Shown here: in pieces, positions 62,273-64,000 of the stretch
How positions within the stretch are numbered: position 1 is the first letter of the stretch
How the letters are laid out: every line of letters begins with the position of its first letter
Source of the DNA: Bacteriovoracia bacterium
Lineage (GTDB): Bacteria; Bdellovibrionota; UBA1018; JBFWNL01
Length of the DNA: 64,000 nt
NCBI GenBank assembly: GCA_050251055.1
Contig: JBFWNL010000008.1
Span: 32,001-96,000, forward strand
Direction of reading: 5' to 3'
The notes under the pieces: model-generated
What the model saw: only the letters and a program-made list of their open reading frames with translations
Told to the model about the DNA's origin: nothing
Database searches by the model: none
Program-made: the position numbers and the translations under genes

Positions 62273-63139
62273 ATGCGACTAGCCATCCTCATCGTTAGTA
62301 CGATCTTCGCTGCCGCATCGACCGCGCAAGCCGACGGGCTATGGCGGAATTTCACCGAATGCCTCACCCGAGCCTTGACCCGGAGTACGGAAACATCCTT
62401 GAGAACGAAGGCCGATCGTAGTTTGGAAAACGGCGTAACCACAGCGATGAATCCAGCCCCTCCCGTGGCCGCGCCTCCCGTAAAATATATTGAGCCCGTA
62501 TTTCCCGAACCAAAGTACGATCCAGCGCTTCGGGCTTGGGCGCGGGAGCTCAAGGATGCGGGAAACAGCATCCTGCCTAGAATACCACCCGAGAAATTAG
62601 AAGAAGTCCGTCCCGTTTACGTCCCGGCCGGAACCGCCAGCAGCACTCTTTTTTCCGCCACGTTAGACGGAAAAAAAGTTTTCATGAAAGCCTACACCAG
62701 CCACCGAATCGAGGAAGAGGCCAAGATGCTCATGATCGCTAACCGGATCGGGTTAGCGCCGAAGTTTCACGGCTTATCTACCGTGAGGGGAGAAACCGTG
62801 TTGGTAATCGACTACGTCGAAGGCTACATCCTCCGCAGCAATAAAATCCCAAATCTCCCGCCGCCCAGCTTCACCATTACCCGAGAAATGTTCGAAACGA
62901 TGAAGGCCGACATCACCCATGCCGGCCAAGCGCTTTACGAAGCGGGAGTAACCGACACCCGTGACCTTCAGTTCATCCTGACCCCGGAAGGGCGTGCGGT
63001 GTTGGTGGATTTGGACTCATTTAAGCTGGGGGTACGGGAGCAGTGGCCCCAGGAGTCGGGGTCGGAGGATCCACGCAAGCGCGCGCACTACCTGATCCGA
63101 CGGCTGTCCGAAGTGGTTGACTCGCCTTCCGACAGGTAG
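62273..63139 (+). CDS. Secreted atypical protein-kinase-like (RIO/Bud32-like) protein
   Basis: Signal peptide (AQA|D); AGTASST Gly-loop-like segment, VFMK, helix-C EEE, LAPKFHG, LVIDYVEG, RDLQ and LVDLD. Confidence 0.6.
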   Translation: MRLAILIVSTIFAAASTAQADGLWRNFTECLTRALTRSTETSLRTKADRSLENGVTTAMNPAPPVAAPPVKYIEPVFPEPKYDPALRAWARELKDAGNSILPRIPPEKLEEVRPVYVPAGTASSTLFSATLDGKKVFMKAYTSHRIEEEAKMLMIANRIGLAPKFHGLSTVRGETVLVIDYVEGYILRSNKIPNLPPPSFTITREMFETMKADITHAGQALYEAGVTDTRDLQFILTPEGRAVLVDLDSFKLGVREQWPQESGSEDPRKRAHYLIRRLSEVVDSPSDR

Positions 63140-63470
63140 GGAGGATTGGCTTGATCACGGCTATCCTGGCCGTGCCCCTTCGGGTGTGCCTTCGGCACAT
63201 CCAATTTTGGCCTCCATGGCCAAATTGTCCGGTTCCGCGCCTTAATCTCACACATCCTGCACTGATCTTCCCAACTTGTGTACGACTGTGAACACCGTTT
63301 CGAATAACAATCCTCTACACACTCCGTCCCTTGTCCGAATGCAAATAAATCGACAAGTGTAGATAAACTTTCCAAATTCACGGAAGCGCAAGCTTTGCAC
63401 TACGTTAAGATAATGATTCCATTTAGGTTAAATCACTCAACCAGGCACATATTTTGAACATAGCTAGATC

Positions 63471-64000
63471 ATGCGGTCCTTTCAATTCCTCTTGATCCTT
63501 GCTTGTTTAGCGACAACCGCGGAAGCCACGGAGCCCCCGCATGATAACACGGTCGAGAAACAGCCTGGCACCGAGGCTTGGAAGTCTGATGGCCTAACTC
63601 CAGTCCTAAAAGAAGGAGACCGCGTAGAAAGTGACGAACTTCTTTTAGTCACTCATGCTGCGCGGCCGTACTCGAATGGGGTCGAAAGCGAGGAGTTGAA
63701 CCGACTGATCGAAAGCTTTCTCCAGAGGGGGCTTCCCGTGATCTATTTGGTAGGCACTCTTGATCCTGAATTCCTGAAAATGCAGTGGCCAAAGTTCAGG
63801 CCGACATATCTCTACGTTTCGTCGGGTGGCCAAATAAAGCTGCGTTTTAAATCTAAAAACATCCACATCGCTGGGGGATTTTTCGAGCTATGCGGATCAA
63901 ACACGGTTCGCGATAGTTTGATCAGCACTGGCCGAGAAAATGACGAAAAGACGGGGCCGGCCCGAATCACTTACGAACCAGACTCCGTTTTCTTAAATAC
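63471..64000 (+). CDS. Secreted protein, possibly cysteine-hydrolase (isochorismatase)-like; truncated by the window end
   Basis: Hand-translated open frame MRSFQFLLILACLATTAEA...GLPVIYL...IHIAGGFFELCGSNTVRD; no stop before 64000. Confidence 0.55.
   Translation, partial: MRSFQFLLILACLATTAEATEPPHDNTVEKQPGTEAWKSDGLTPVLKEGDRVESDELLLVTHAARPYSNGVESEELNRLIESFLQRGLPVIYLVGTLDPEFLKMQWPKFRPTYLYVSSGGQIKLRFKSKNIHIAGGFFELCGSNTVRDSLISTGRENDEKTGPARITYEPDSVFLN

Noticed and set aside
63088-63381. 97-aa Cys-rich minus-strand ORF
   Set aside because: It overlaps the end of the kinase-like gene, has a GTG start and no recognisable motif; it cannot be supported from sequence alone.

Overview
A 64 kb chromosomal window of a moderately GC-rich bacterium. 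Gene content and order suggest Bdellovibrionota/Oligoflexia (inference only). It is mostly housekeeping: fadE, ilvA, an opp/dpp ABC transporter, hslO-groEL-groES, tig, truA, asd, pssA, tsaB and the rpsB-tsf-pyrH-frr-uppS-cdsA-rseP cluster. It also holds three tRNAs (Arg-TCT, Leu-TAG, Phe-GAA), an rpsB leader, a fluoride riboswitch with fluC/crcB, and many secreted or lipoprotein hypotheticals. No integrase, transposase, phage gene or CRISPR array was seen. The most unusual signal is non-coding. Two unrelated tRNA genes 21 kb apart (Leu, Phe) are each followed by a long fold-back whose 40-50 bp arms differ between the loci and mirror back into that tRNA's own CCA end. The 46-48 nt loop is conserved between the loci (41/46 identical), and further tRNA T-arm-derived copies lie downstream. 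This looks like a tRNA-targeted, target-mirroring repeat or RNA system. The second highlight is a 'split thermolysin': an M4 catalytic lipoprotein followed in frame, after one TGA, by a separate membrane-anchored FTP+PepSY propeptide gene.
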